A DNA stretch of 64,000 nucleotides, taken from the NCBI GenBank assembly GCA_951406725.2, contig OX597831.1, positions 67,084,001 to 67,148,000 on the forward strand, read 5' to 3'. The position numbers were made by a program, and so were the translations under genes. The notes below the pieces were generated by a model. It did not search any database, had not been told where the DNA came from, and worked only from the letters and a program-made list of their open reading frames with translations. Source of the DNA: Octopus vulgaris (lineage: Eukaryota). The number at the start of each line of letters is the position of its first letter. Positions within the stretch are counted from its first letter, which is position 1. Positions 62,998 to 64,000 of this stretch are shown here, one piece after another.

Positions 62998-64000
62998 AAT
63001 TGTTTGCTAGTGTAAAATATTGTTTGGGGCCTGTCAGTCAAGTACCGGCAAGTTTGGCATGTGGTCTGCAATGTACCTGTGCAGGTGGAATGCATCATCT
63101 CAAGTGTGTGAACATTATAGGACGAACTTTTGCTTTGTGTTTTGCTTTGTGTAGCAAATCCTCGGTGGTGAGATATTTTTGCTTACTCTGAAAAAACAGA
63201 ATCCAACTTGATTAGAGGATGTTTGCGCGATATGCATAAAAAGTTAAGAAAGATAGAAAGTCGAACACACATTTACTGTGTCTAATGCATTTTAACTCTC
63301 TGTTGTACATAGAGAAACTGAAAGGGTGTTACATAGATACGCGCGCGCGCACACACACACTCGCCCCCCACACACACAAATACGACTAAACGCACCACAC
63401 AATAGCCTCGCTCACTCACAGCACTTGCAACACACATAAAACACACACAGAATATACATACACGCATCGAACACGCGTGCACACTCATATATATACTCAC
63501 ATGTATACATTCACTCAAACAGTAGATAAAACTAGTTTCTCCAATAGGCTCTACCTTATTGTCTGCGTTATGTTACTTCATATCTCACCAGATGGCGCCT
63601 TCTATCTGCTACTGATACTTAAAAAGACACGTGGCTTTGCACCTACTTGAATTGTACCAACCCACCACCCATTCTCAAATGTAGGAGCGTAGTGACCTTC
63701 CTGACATCTGTCCCGAACCCTTATCGTCAGCACAAGGCCAAGTTTTCTTTCTACAAGGTTTCAATCAGTTTTGCGGATGCCCTCTCTTCTTCCACAACCC
63801 TCCTTCACATCTTAAATCACAATATAGACACACTCACATACACATACATACATTTATAAAAGTACGTACATCGTCTATTTGTTATTCATTGATATATCTG
63901 TGTAACAGTGTGTGTGTGTGGATGTGCATATGTGTATGCTTGTGTATGAATGTGTGTGTATGTATGTATGTGTGTATATATCTTTTATCTTTCACTTGTT

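Noticed and set aside
63685-63770. Minus-strand GAAAccuu...CUGACGA...aaggUC (B-A-C order hammerhead)
   Set aside because: Stem I pairs only if the cleavage nucleotide is removed and stem II is absent; probably chance.

Overview
This is AT-rich eukaryotic DNA full of microsatellites and transposons. The repeat families and the C2H2 zinc-finger gene suggest a coleoid cephalopod, probably Octopus (inferred, not verified). The only credible host gene is the 3' part of a C2H2 zinc-finger gene at 3-1136. The rest is a mosaic of mobile DNA: three tRNA-derived SINE families plus an RTE-tailed SINE-like family, three mariners, a Tc1 relic, hAT relics, a Merlin-like MITE carrying TTAGGG repeats, and LINE fragments (RTE, CR1/L2, R4-like, Hero-like). 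It also holds a 5'-truncated Penelope-like element (PLE; RT + GIY-YIG) nested inside another PLE. The main signal is RNA structure: about 14 hammerhead ribozyme (HHR)-like motifs sit at retroelement 3' ends. Some are canonical and some have core variants (G3-C8 swap, A6U, U4C). Three motifs unrelated in sequence (32144-32204, 33553-33618, 46474-46528, all minus strand) have the three hammerhead strands in a non-circularly permuted order. Folds were derived by eye and none has been tested for activity. Most other ORFs in the track are microsatellite artefacts.
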